Shown here: piece after piece, positions 17,671 to 26,379 of the stretch | How positions within the stretch are numbered: the stretch's first letter is position 1 | How the letters are laid out: every line of letters begins with the position of its first letter | Source of the DNA: Candidatus Saccharimonadota bacterium | GTDB taxonomy: Bacteria > Bacteroidota > Bacteroidia > Flavobacteriales > Blattabacteriaceae | Direction of reading: 5' to 3' | DNA length: 32,000 nucleotides | NCBI RefSeq assembly: GCF_033370915.1 | Contig: NZ_CP104096.1 | Coordinates: 34,701-66,700, forward strand | Made by a program: the position numbers and the translations under genes | Notes under the pieces: generated by a model | What the model was told of the DNA's origin: nothing | The model's database searches: none | Seen by the model: the letters and a program-made list of their open reading frames with translations, nothing else

Positions 17671-20600
17671 TTATTTTATAATATCAAAATATATTTTATT
17701 ATTATTATAACTAATAAAATATTTATTATTAGTATTTTTATAAATTATTTTATTAGTTAATGTTTCTTTACTAATTATATAATAATATTTTATAAATAAT
17801 TTTAATATATAATTTTTAATATTTTTATTAATAATTATATTAATTTTATCAGTAAAATAATATTTTTTTTCTTTTCTTAAAATTTGAATTTTTCTTATAA
17901 AATCTCTAATAAAACATTCATTTTTTAAATCATTAGTTATTTTAATATCTAAAATAATTATTATGTTATTATTAGAATACATAATAATATTTTTATTTAT
18001 ATTTTCATGTGTTATAAAAATTTCATTTATTTTTATTTTTATTTTATTATTTTTTATATTTAAATATATATATTTTTTTTTATTAAATTTTTCAATTTCT
18101 TTTTGAGTTAATTGATTTAATAATTTATAAATATTATTAATATTATTTTTATATTTTGGCCCTAATTTTTTATAATTTAATTTAATTTTTTTTTTTATAT
18201 ATTTATTAATTTTATTAATATTTATAAAATTAATATTTTTAATATTTACTTCATTATTTAATAAATTTATAATTTCTTTATTATTTAAAAATTTTTTATT
18301 ATGTTTATTTTTTACTATATATACATTATTTAAAGGTTGTCTAACTTTTATATTTTTTTTTTTTCTTAAAGATAATATAATACTAGAATATTTTTTAATA
18401 TATAACATATTATTTTCTATAGATTTATTAATATATTTATTTTTATATTTTGGAAATGATTGTAATATTATATTAATTTTATTTTTTTTTTCAATATAAT
18501 ATAATTTTTTATTTAAATATTCCATAACAAATGGAGATATTGGATAAGATATTTTAAATATTTTTTTTAAACATATATATAAAATATTATAAGCTGATAT
18601 TTTATCATTATCATATTTTTTTTTCCAAAATCTTTTTCTTGATAATCTAATATACCAATTACTTAAATCATTAATTACAAAATTATATATATTTCTAGCT
18701 ATATAAGTAATATTATATAATTTATAATATTTATAAGTTTTAAATAATAATTTATTAAGTTTTGATAATATCCAATAATCAATATACTTTTTTTTATATT
18801 TATCTTTAATATTAAAATTATCAATTTTAGAATAATTATAAAAAAATCTAAATATATTATATAAGGTATTAAAGAATTTATTTTTTATTTTATTAATATT
18901 ATTAATATTAAATTTTAAGTTTTTCCAAGGTAAATTATTATAAACCATATACCATCTTATACAATCAGGACCATATTTTTTAATTATTTTAAATGGATCT
19001 ATTGTATTTCCTTTACTTTTTGACATTTTTTTACCATTTTTATCTAAAATTATACCTAATGGTAATACATTTTTATAAGATATAGAATTTGAAATTATAG
19101 TAGATATAGTATGTAATGTAAAAAACCATCCTCTTGTTTGATCAATGCCTTCTGTAATAAAATCATATGGTAATATAATAGTTTTAGTTTTAAAAGGAAA
19201 ATAATGTTGAGCATAAGGTGAAACACCTGAATCAAACCATACATCAATTACATCAGGTTCTCTATACATTTTATTATTAGTTTTAGAAGATAAAATAATT
19301 TTATCAATAAAATGTTTATGTAAATCAATTTTTTTATTTATTTTTAAAGGATTGTTTTTCATAAAACCTAATTTTATTGATTTTTTAATTTCTTTATTTA
19401 ATTCTTTTAAAGAACCTATTACTAAAAATTCTTTTTCATTTTTAGTTCTCCATATTGGTAATGGAGTTCCCCAAAATCTAGTTCTTGAAATATTCCAATT
19501 TTTTATATTTTTTAACCAATTTTTAAATTTATTTTTTATAAAATTAGTAGAACACCAATTAATAGTATTACTTAATTTGATTAATTTATTTTTTATTTTA
19601 TTTAAATTTATAAACCATGATTTTATTGGATAATATATAATAGGTTTATTTGTTCTCCAGCAATGTGGATATAAATGTTTATATTTTTTTATTTTAAAAA
19701 TTTTATTTTTTTTTTTTAAATATTTAATTATAATTTTATCAACTGAAAATTTATTATTTTTATAATATTGTTTTTTTATATATTTGCCACCTAAACCTAA
19801 TGGTACTTGTTTAATATATTTGCCATTATTATCTACAATATTATAGAAATTATCAATATTATTAATTTTAGCTATTTCATAATCTTCTTTTCCATAATTT
19901 GGGGCTATATGTATAATTCCTGTTCCAAGTTTTTTATTGATAATATTTAAGGTATCATTTATAATTAAAAAAATTTTATTTTTATTATTCTTTTTATATA
20001 AAGGTTTAAACCATTTTATTAATTGTTTATATTTTAAACCAATTAATTTTTTACCTAAAAATTTTAATAATATTTTATATTTTTTATTTTTTAATACTTT
20101 TTTAATCGAATATTTAGATAAAATAATATTAATATATTTTAATTCATATATATTATATACTTTTACTAAATAATAATACATATCATGTTTTACCAATAAA
20201 GCAGAATTAGATGGTAAAGTCCATGGTGTTGTAGTCCAAGCTAATAAATATATTTTATAATAATTAAAAAATTTATTATTTTTTAATTCAAATAAAACAT
20301 ATATTGAAAAATCAATAATTTTTTTATGAGTATATGGAAGATTAAGTTCTTGATAACTTATAGGGGTACCTGCTATAGGTGAATATGGTAATACTTTATA
20401 TTCTTTATATAATAATTTTTTATTATATATTTTTTTAATTATCCACCAAATACTTTCTATATATTTATTAGAATAAGTAATAAAATAATTTTTTTTATTA
20501 AAAAAATAACCAATATAATTTGTAAATTTTTTCCATATAATTAAATTTTTTTTTATAAATTTTTTACAATATTTATTGAATAATTTAACAGTAATTTTTT

Positions 20601-20892
20601 TACCTATATCTTTTTTTTTTATTTTTAATTGTTTTTCTACTTCTATTTCAATAGGTAAACCATGAGTGTCCCAACCAATTTTATATATTACTTTATAATT
20701 ATTCATTGTATAAAATCTATATATTATATCTTTAATTATTCTAGCAAATATATGATGTACACCTGGTTTTCCATTCATTGAAGGTGGACCATCTAATATA
20801 ATAAATTGTTTTTTATTTTTTCTATAATAAAATAACAAATTTTTTTTTTTCCATTTATTAAATATTTTTTTATAAATTTTATATAAATTCAC
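17671..20892 (-). CDS. ileS: Isoleucine--tRNA ligase (long, type-2 form); start re-assigned to GTG at 20892
   Basis: Conserved segments are GPPSMNGKPGVHH (HIGH region), WDTHGLP and KMSKSKGNTIDP. The first 21 codons of the ORF-track product (MVRTSDFHSGKRGSIPLWANI) are the antisense reading of tRNA-Glu. No in-frame ATG lies between the tRNA and the conserved core. GTG at 20892..20890 (or ATT at 20895..20893) is the first plausible start, and NLYKIYKKIFNKW aligns with the usual IleRS N-terminal helix. Confidence 0.88.
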   Translation of the reverse strand: MNLYKIYKKIFNKWKKKNLLFYYRKNKKQFIILDGPPSMNGKPGVHHIFARIIKDIIYRFYTMNNYKVIYKIGWDTHGLPIEIEVEKQLKIKKKDIGKKITVKLFNKYCKKFIKKNLIIWKKFTNYIGYFFNKKNYFITYSNKYIESIWWIIKKIYNKKLLYKEYKVLPYSPIAGTPISYQELNLPYTHKKIIDFSIYVLFELKNNKFFNYYKIYLLAWTTTPWTLPSNSALLVKHDMYYYLVKVYNIYELKYINIILSKYSIKKVLKNKKYKILLKFLGKKLIGLKYKQLIKWFKPLYKKNNKNKIFLIINDTLNIINKKLGTGIIHIAPNYGKEDYEIAKINNIDNFYNIVDNNGKYIKQVPLGLGGKYIKKQYYKNNKFSVDKIIIKYLKKKNKIFKIKKYKHLYPHCWRTNKPIIYYPIKSWFINLNKIKNKLIKLSNTINWCSTNFIKNKFKNWLKNIKNWNISRTRFWGTPLPIWRTKNEKEFLVIGSLKELNKEIKKSIKLGFMKNNPLKINKKIDLHKHFIDKIILSSKTNNKMYREPDVIDVWFDSGVSPYAQHYFPFKTKTIILPYDFITEGIDQTRGWFFTLHTISTIISNSISYKNVLPLGIILDKNGKKMSKSKGNTIDPFKIIKKYGPDCIRWYMVYNNLPWKNLKFNINNINKIKNKFFNTLYNIFRFFYNYSKIDNFNIKDKYKKKYIDYWILSKLNKLLFKTYKYYKLYNITYIARNIYNFVINDLSNWYIRLSRKRFWKKKYDNDKISAYNILYICLKKIFKISYPISPFVMEYLNKKLYYIEKKNKINIILQSFPKYKNKYINKSIENNMLYIKKYSSIILSLRKKKNIKVRQPLNNVYIVKNKHNKKFLNNKEIINLLNNEVNIKNINFININKINKYIKKKIKLNYKKLGPKYKNNINNIYKLLNQLTQKEIEKFNKKKYIYLNIKNNKIKIKINEIFITHENINKNIIMYSNNNIIIILDIKITNDLKNECFIRDFIRKIQILRKEKKYYFTDKINIIINKNIKNYILKLFIKYYYIISKETLTNKIIYKNTNNKYFISYNNNKIYFDIIK

Positions 20893-20897
20893 AATAT

Positions 20898-20969
20898 TAG
20901 CCCATAGGGGAATTGAACCCCTCTTTCCAGAATGAAAATCTGACGTCCTAACCAATAGACTAATGGGCT
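20898..20969 (-). tRNA. tRNA-Glu (anticodon UUC)
   Basis: The reverse complement is AGCCCATTAGTCTATTGGTTAGGACGTCAGATTTTCATTCTGGAAAGAGGGGTTCAATTCCCCTATGGGCT plus discriminator A. The acceptor is AGCCCAT/ATGGGCT, the D stem is GTCT/GGAC, the anticodon stem is TCAGA/TCTGG with loop TTTTCAT, and the T stem is AGGGG/CCCCT. Confidence 0.9.
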
Positions 20970-21134
20970 ATAGATATATAATATTTAATTTATATATTAA
21001 TTTATAATATTACAAATTCTATAATTATTATAAAAAATTAATTTAAATAATAAAAATGAATATGAAAAATATAAATATTTTTGAATGTAAAAAAAAACAT
21101 ATAATTAAAAAAAATTTTAAAATTTAGTATATTT

Positions 21135-22961
21135 TTATTTAATATATATAATTAAAATATTAATATCAGAAGGCGTAATACCACTAATTCTAGAAGCTTG
21201 ACCAATTGAAAAAGGACGATAATAATTTAATTTTTCTTGAGCTTCTTTTGATAAAGAGTTAATTTTAAAATAATTAAAATTTTTAGGAATTTTTAAATAT
21301 TCTAATTTTTTCATTAATTTAACAATTTTTTTTTCTTTTTTTATATAATATTCATATTTAATATAATTAGAAATAATATGTTTATATTTAAAAAAATATT
21401 TAATATAATTTTTAATAAATTTATTATTTATTAAATTTAAATTTTTTAATATATAATCAATAGTAATTTTAGGTCTTAATAATAAATTTTTTATATTTAT
21501 TTTTTTATTATTAAAAATAATAGTTTTATTTTTTATATAATTAATAATTTTTTTAATTACAATTTTTTTTTTAATTACTTTTTTAAAATATTTTTTTTTT
21601 ATAAGTCCTAATTTATAACCTTTTTTAGTTAATCTAATATCAGCATTATCTTGTCTTAATAAAATTCTATATTCTGCTCTAGAAGTAAATATTCTATAAG
21701 GTTCTTTAGTACCTTTATTAACTAAATCATCAATTAAAACACCTATATAACCTTCATTTCTTTTTAATATAAATGGTTTTTTAGAATTTATTTTTAAATA
21801 AGCATTTATACCAGCCATTAAACCTTGACAAGCAGCTTCTTCATAACCAGTAGTACCATTTATTTGACCAGCAAAAAATAAATTATTAATTTTTTTTGTT
21901 TCTAATGTTAATTTTAATTGTATAGGATTAAAATAATCATATTCTACAGCATAACCATATTGTAGAATTTTAACTTTTTCTAAGCCTTTTATTGTTTTTA
22001 TTGATTTATATTGAATTTTTTTAGGTAAACTAGTAGAAAAACCATTAATATAAATAATATTGCTTTTCCATCCATCTGGTTCAATAAAAATTTGGTGTTT
22101 ATTTTTATTTTTAAATTTTAAAACTTTATCTTCAATAGAAGGACAATATCTAGGGCCATTATTATTTATAATACCATTATAAAAAGGAGATTTATGAAGA
22201 TTATTAATAATTATTTTATGAGTTTTAGGATTAGTAAATGCTATATAACAGTTTTTTTGTTTTTTTAATTTTTTATTTTTAAAAAATGAAAAATTATTAT
22301 TATTTTTATCCCCTTTTTGTTTAAATAATTTTTTAAAATTAATAGTTTTTTTTAAAATTCTTGGAGATGTACCAGTTTTCATTTTATTATATATAATTCC
22401 ATGTTTTTTTAATTGTTCACTAATACCTATAGAAGATTTTTCATTTATTCTACCTCCTTTATAAGATTTATTTCCAATACATATTTTACCATTTAAAAAT
22501 GTACCATTAGTTAATATTACTGATTTACTAAATATTTTTTTATTATTTTTAGTAATTACACCTAAAATATTTTTATTTTTTATAATTAATTTTATAACTA
22601 TATCTTGTAAAATATTTATTTTTTTTTTTTTTAATATTTTTAAAATATTTTTAATATATAATTTTCTATCTATTTGTGCTCTTGGACTCCACATTGCTGG
22701 TCCTTTAGATTTATTTAACATTCTAAATTGTATCATAGAAGAATCTGCTAATTTTCCCATATAACCTCCTAAAGCATCAATTTCTCTTACTATTTGACCT
22801 TTTCCTATACCCCCAATAGAAGGATTACATGACATTTTTCCGATAGTATTAATATTCATAGTTATTAATAACGATTTAGCACCTAAATTATGTGATGCTA
22901 ATATAGCTTCTATTCCTGAATGTCCACCACCAACTATTATAATATCATATTTATTTATCAT
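21135..22961 (-). CDS. mnmG: tRNA uridine 5-carboxymethylaminomethyl modification enzyme MnmG (GidA)
   Basis: The FAD motif reads DIIIVGGGHSGIEA. Conserved segments are SCNPSIGGIGKGQIVREIDALGG, GPRYCPSIEDK, FFAGQINGTTGYEEAA and TSRAEYRILLRQDNAD. Confidence 0.95.
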   Translation of the reverse strand: MINKYDIIIVGGGHSGIEAILASHNLGAKSLLITMNINTIGKMSCNPSIGGIGKGQIVREIDALGGYMGKLADSSMIQFRMLNKSKGPAMWSPRAQIDRKLYIKNILKILKKKKINILQDIVIKLIIKNKNILGVITKNNKKIFSKSVILTNGTFLNGKICIGNKSYKGGRINEKSSIGISEQLKKHGIIYNKMKTGTSPRILKKTINFKKLFKQKGDKNNNNFSFFKNKKLKKQKNCYIAFTNPKTHKIIINNLHKSPFYNGIINNNGPRYCPSIEDKVLKFKNKNKHQIFIEPDGWKSNIIYINGFSTSLPKKIQYKSIKTIKGLEKVKILQYGYAVEYDYFNPIQLKLTLETKKINNLFFAGQINGTTGYEEAACQGLMAGINAYLKINSKKPFILKRNEGYIGVLIDDLVNKGTKEPYRIFTSRAEYRILLRQDNADIRLTKKGYKLGLIKKKYFKKVIKKKIVIKKIINYIKNKTIIFNNKKINIKNLLLRPKITIDYILKNLNLINNKFIKNYIKYFFKYKHIISNYIKYEYYIKKEKKIVKLMKKLEYLKIPKNFNYFKINSLSKEAQEKLNYYRPFSIGQASRISGITPSDINILIIYIK

Positions 22962-23401
22962 ATAAAATTTAATTTTAATATTTTAAAAAAATATTTATAA
23001 AAATAAATATTTTGTTTATAATTCATAAGTTTAAAAGATTTTTTGTCAATATCATTATAACCTATTAAATGTAATAGAGAGTGTATAATAACCAATTTAA
23101 TTTCTGAATCAAAAACTTGTTTATATATAATTGAATTATATAATACTTGATCATAACTAATAAAAATATCTCCGTATATTATCTTATTATTATAAGAATA
23201 ATTAAAACTAATAGTATCAGTATATTCTGATTTATTTAAAAATTTACTATTTAATTCAAAAATATATTTATTATTACAAAAAATATAATTAACTTTATAA
23301 AGTTTTTTTTTTTCTTTATAAATAATTTTTTTAATTATGTATTTAATAATTTTAATATTATAAATAGTAATTTTGTTATTAAATATAAAAAACTTTATCA
23401 T
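22958..23401 (-). CDS. ybeY: rRNA maturation endoribonuclease YbeY
   Basis: A zinc-binding H-x3-H-x5-type motif lies in IHSLLHLIGYNDID. The size is 147 aa. Its stop overlaps the mnmG start (ATGA on the minus strand). Confidence 0.8.
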   Translation of the reverse strand: MIKFFIFNNKITIYNIKIIKYIIKKIIYKEKKKLYKVNYIFCNNKYIFELNSKFLNKSEYTDTISFNYSYNNKIIYGDIFISYDQVLYNSIIYKQVFDSEIKLVIIHSLLHLIGYNDIDKKSFKLMNYKQNIYFYKYFFKILKLNFI

Positions 23402-23416
23402 TTTAATTATAATAAT

Positions 23417-24394
23417 ATGTTATTTAATAATTTTATAGATTATATTAATGTAATTTGTATAAGTGGTAAAGGTGGAAATGGTAAAGTGCATTTTACTTAT
23501 AATAATAAAAAAATAGGTAAACCTGATGGTGGAAATGGAGGAAATGGTGGAAATATAATATTTATAAGTGATAAAAATATGTTTACATTATTTAATATAA
23601 AAAAATATTATAAAGCTTATAATGGTGAAAATGGAAAAAATAATTGTAAAACTGGAAAAAATGGAAAAAATTGTATAATAAAAATACCAATAGGAACAAA
23701 ATTGATAAAAAAAAATAATAAAATTAATTTTAATAAAAATAATATAAGAAAAATAATATTATTAGGAGGAAAAGGAGGAAAAGGAAATAATTTTTATAAA
23801 AAATCTAATGATCAAAAAACTAAAAAATATACTAACGGAAAAAATGGGATAAAAACAAATATAAAATTAATTTTAAATATAAAAGTAGATATTGGAATAG
23901 TAGGATTTCCTAATACAGGAAAATCAACAATATTATCATTATTAACAAAGAATAAACCTAATATAGATAATTATAATTTTACTACTATTACTCCAAATTT
24001 AGGAATATATAAAAATAATAAAAAATATAATATAATAATAATGGATTTACCAGCTATTATAGAAAAATCTTATAAAGGAAAAGGTATAGGAAATAAATAT
24101 TTAAGACATATAAAAAAACATAAATTATTATTATTAGTAATTAATTTAAATTCAATAAAAGAATTTATTTATCAATTAATAACTTTAAAAAAAGAATTAA
24201 AAAAAAGTAATGTAAAAATATATAAAAATAAAACTATTATAATTATATCTAAAATTGATAACTTAAATAAAAAATTAATTAATATTGTAAGTTATTATTT
24301 AAAAAAAAAAAATTATTATTATTGTTTTTTTTCTAAAAAAAAACAAAAATATGTTTTATATTTAAAAAAAAAAATTAATTATTTTTTTAAATAA
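23417..24394 (+). CDS. obg: GTPase Obg/CgtA
   Basis: The glycine-rich Obg fold reads GKGGNGKVHF and DGGNGGNGGN. G1 reads GFPNTGKST and G3 reads MDLPAIIE. Confidence 0.88.
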   Translation: MLFNNFIDYINVICISGKGGNGKVHFTYNNKKIGKPDGGNGGNGGNIIFISDKNMFTLFNIKKYYKAYNGENGKNNCKTGKNGKNCIIKIPIGTKLIKKNNKINFNKNNIRKIILLGGKGGKGNNFYKKSNDQKTKKYTNGKNGIKTNIKLILNIKVDIGIVGFPNTGKSTILSLLTKNKPNIDNYNFTTITPNLGIYKNNKKYNIIIMDLPAIIEKSYKGKGIGNKYLRHIKKHKLLLLVINLNSIKEFIYQLITLKKELKKSNVKIYKNKTIIIISKIDNLNKKLINIVSYYLKKKNYYYCFFSKKKQKYVLYLKKKINYFFK

Positions 24395-25404
24395 TTTATT
24401 AAATTTTTTATATCATTAGGAATATCAATAATAAATTTTATATTTTTTTTAGTTGTTGGATGTTTAAATTTTAAATAATAAGCATGTAAAGCTTGTCTAG
24501 GTAAAATATTAAAACAATTATTAATAGTTTTAGTATATTTATTTTTATTATAAAAATTATTAAATTTATATAATATTTTATTTCCACCGTATATATCATC
24601 ATTAAATATAGGATTACCAATATAATTTAAATGAACTCTAATTTGATGAGTTCTTCCTGTTTTTATTATACATTTTATTAAAGTTAAAAATTTATAATTT
24701 TTTATTATTTTATATTTAGTTATTGCTAATTTTCCATATTTTTTATTTGAATAAACTTTCATTTTTATTCTATTTTTTATATTTCTTCCAATATAATTAT
24801 TTATTATATAATAATTATTAATTGGTTTTCCCCATACTAATGCAATATATTGTTTTTTGATTGTTTTATTTAAAAATTGTAATTTTAAATTATTATAACT
24901 ATTAATATTTTTAGCAATAATTAACAAACCAGAAGTATTTTTATCTAATCTATGTAATAAACCTAATCTATAATTAAAATAATTTAATTGATTTATATTA
25001 TTTTTATAATAATAATATTTTAACCAATTTATTAATGTATTTTTATAATTTCCATGTCCTGGATGTACAATTAAACCAGGTTGTTTATTAATAATTAATA
25101 TATCATTATCTTCATAATGAATATTTATTTTTATTTTTTTATTTTGGTAAATAAATTTTTTTTTATTTTTATAAAAAAAATCTTTTTTATAAATAAAAAT
25201 AATTTTATCATTAATATTTAATTTATTATTTTTTTTTATTTTATTATTATTTAATAACACATTACCAATTTTTATATTATTTTGTATTTTTTTTCTTGAT
25301 ATTTTTTTTTTTTTAAAATAATTAAATAAAAATTTATCAATTCTTATATTTTTTGTAAATATTTTTTTATTTATATTTATATATATTTTTTTTTCCTTCA
25401 ACAT
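24379..25404 (-). CDS. rluD: 23S rRNA pseudouridine synthase, RluD-like (RluA family with S4 domain)
   Basis: An S4-like N-terminus (IRIDKFL) is present. The catalytic motif reads HRLDKNTSGLLIIAK, and GRTHQIRVHL is also conserved. Confidence 0.85.
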   Translation of the reverse strand: MLKEKKIYININKKIFTKNIRIDKFLFNYFKKKKISRKKIQNNIKIGNVLLNNNKIKKNNKLNINDKIIFIYKKDFFYKNKKKFIYQNKKIKINIHYEDNDILIINKQPGLIVHPGHGNYKNTLINWLKYYYYKNNINQLNYFNYRLGLLHRLDKNTSGLLIIAKNINSYNNLKLQFLNKTIKKQYIALVWGKPINNYYIINNYIGRNIKNRIKMKVYSNKKYGKLAITKYKIIKNYKFLTLIKCIIKTGRTHQIRVHLNYIGNPIFNDDIYGGNKILYKFNNFYNKNKYTKTINNCFNILPRQALHAYYLKFKHPTTKKNIKFIIDIPNDIKNLINYLKK

Positions 25405-25449
25405 TTTTAATTTTATTATTTAATTATTTTTATAATTTTTATTTATGTA

Positions 25450-25834
25450 TGGAGTTGGCGGGATTTGAACCCGCGTCCATATTAAAATAATTAAATATTA
25501 TTTACATATTTATCTAATTTTTATAAGATTTTTTTTTATAAATTAGAAAATTAATAAAAAAAATCTTTCTATTTTATGTTTATAATATAAAATCTAAAAT
25601 AGAAAAAATAATTTTATATTTTTGTAAATTATTTATTAAATTTATTAAATTAAATATTTTAATTTAATAAATCATCTTGCACTAATTTTATTTAGTAAAG
25701 CTATTAAGCAGCAAGATTATAATAATTAGTTTTTCCTTGTATTTATTATAATATTTTTTTAAAGTGTAATATTAAAAAACACTATATGAATATTTTAATA
25801 TATTTTAATATGTCAAAACCAATTTAACAACCCC
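25450..25834 (-). ncRNA. ssrA: tmRNA (SsrA)
   Basis: The minus-strand 5' end GGGGTTGTTAAATTGGTTTTGACA pairs with the 3' end GGACGCGGGTTCAAATCCCGCCAACTCCA. This forms a tRNA-Ala-like acceptor with a G3:U70 wobble and a T-arm. The internal tag ORF GGA AAA ACT AAT TAT TAT AAT CTT GCT GCT TAA TAG encodes GKTNYYNLAA followed by two stops. Confidence 0.92.
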
Positions 25835-25920
25835 TAATTGTATTGAATATTATATATAATATATAATATTAAAAAATATAATATTACTAATAATATATTT
25901 ATTATTATTATTATTATTAT

Positions 25921-26379
25921 TTATTTATTAATTTTATTTTTTATTTGATTAATAATACTAATAATTGCTAATTCATAACCTGTTAAACCAAAACCTACTA
26001 TTATTCCATTAGAATATGAAGATATTAATGATTTATGTCTTATATTTTCTCTATTAAATACGTTACTTACATGAACTTCAATTATTATTTTATTTTTAAT
26101 TGCTCTAATACAATCAGATATTGCTAATGAAGTATGTGTATAAGCTCCTAAATTTAATATATAACCAATTGTATATTGATTATAATAATTATCATATATA
26201 TAATTAATTATTTTACTTTCAGAATTATTATTATAAATATTTATATTTATTATTTCTTTATATTTAAATTTTAAAAATTTTAAATATTTATTAATATTAA
26301 TATTACCATAAATATTTGTTTCTCTAATACCTATCATATTGACATTAGGACCATTTATTATAATAATATTATTATTCAT
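25921..26379 (-). CDS. aroQ: 3-dehydroquinate dehydratase, type II
   Basis: Conserved segments are IIIINGPNVNMIGIRETNIYG, NLGAYTHTSLAISD, EVHVSNVFNRENIRHKS and GIIVGFGLTGY. These match type II DHQase motifs along the whole length. Confidence 0.95.
   Translation of the reverse strand: MNNNIIIINGPNVNMIGIRETNIYGNININKYLKFLKFKYKEIININIYNNNSESKIINYIYDNYYNQYTIGYILNLGAYTHTSLAISDCIRAIKNKIIIEVHVSNVFNRENIRHKSLISSYSNGIIVGFGLTGYELAIISIINQIKNKINK

Noticed and set aside
712-20173. Other short antisense ORFs in the track: 712..996(-), 6243..6455(-), 14489..14728(-), 16515..16748(-), 16794..17006(-), 19352..19633(+), 19937..20173(+)
   Set aside because: Each lies wholly inside a well-supported conserved gene (dnaJ, truA, rpsA, hflX, ileS) on the opposite strand. 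All have F/L/I-rich low-complexity products typical of the reverse complement of K/N-rich coding sequence.
20893-20955. ORF-track N-terminal extension of ileS (MVRTSDFHSGKRGSIPLWANI)
   Set aside because: These codons are the antisense reading of a well-formed tRNA-Glu gene on the same strand (20898..20969). The unusually G/C-rich codons come from the tRNA, not from coding sequence.
21056-21127. Small ORF MNMKNINIFECKKKHIIKKNFKI in the 165-nt spacer between tRNA-Glu and mnmG; considered as a possible tiny ribosomal protein (L36- or L34-like)
   Set aside because: It does not match the L36 (CxxC...C...H) or L34 patterns and is only 23 codons long. It sits where the promoter of the tRNA-Glu/ileS unit is expected, and there is no supporting evidence.
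20970-21134. Possible replication origin next to mnmG (gidA), which is often oriC-linked
   Set aside because: I saw no DnaA-box-like 9-mers (TTATCCACA or its complement). The spacer lies downstream, not upstream, of mnmG. AT-richness is uninformative in this genome. A cumulative GC-skew analysis of the whole genome would be needed.
1597-22961. Possible UGA-to-Trp recoding (genetic code 4), common in very AT-rich reduced genomes
   Set aside because: dnaJ, mnmA, ligA, hflX and ybeY all end in TGA, mostly within ATGA stop/start overlaps at the expected protein ends. Trp positions I checked use TGG. An intact RF2 with an SPF motif is present. Code 11 fits the data.
25897-25920. (ATT)n microsatellite just downstream of the aroQ stop
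   Set aside because: It is short low-complexity sequence of the kind expected by chance at this base composition. It has no associated structure or coding consequence.
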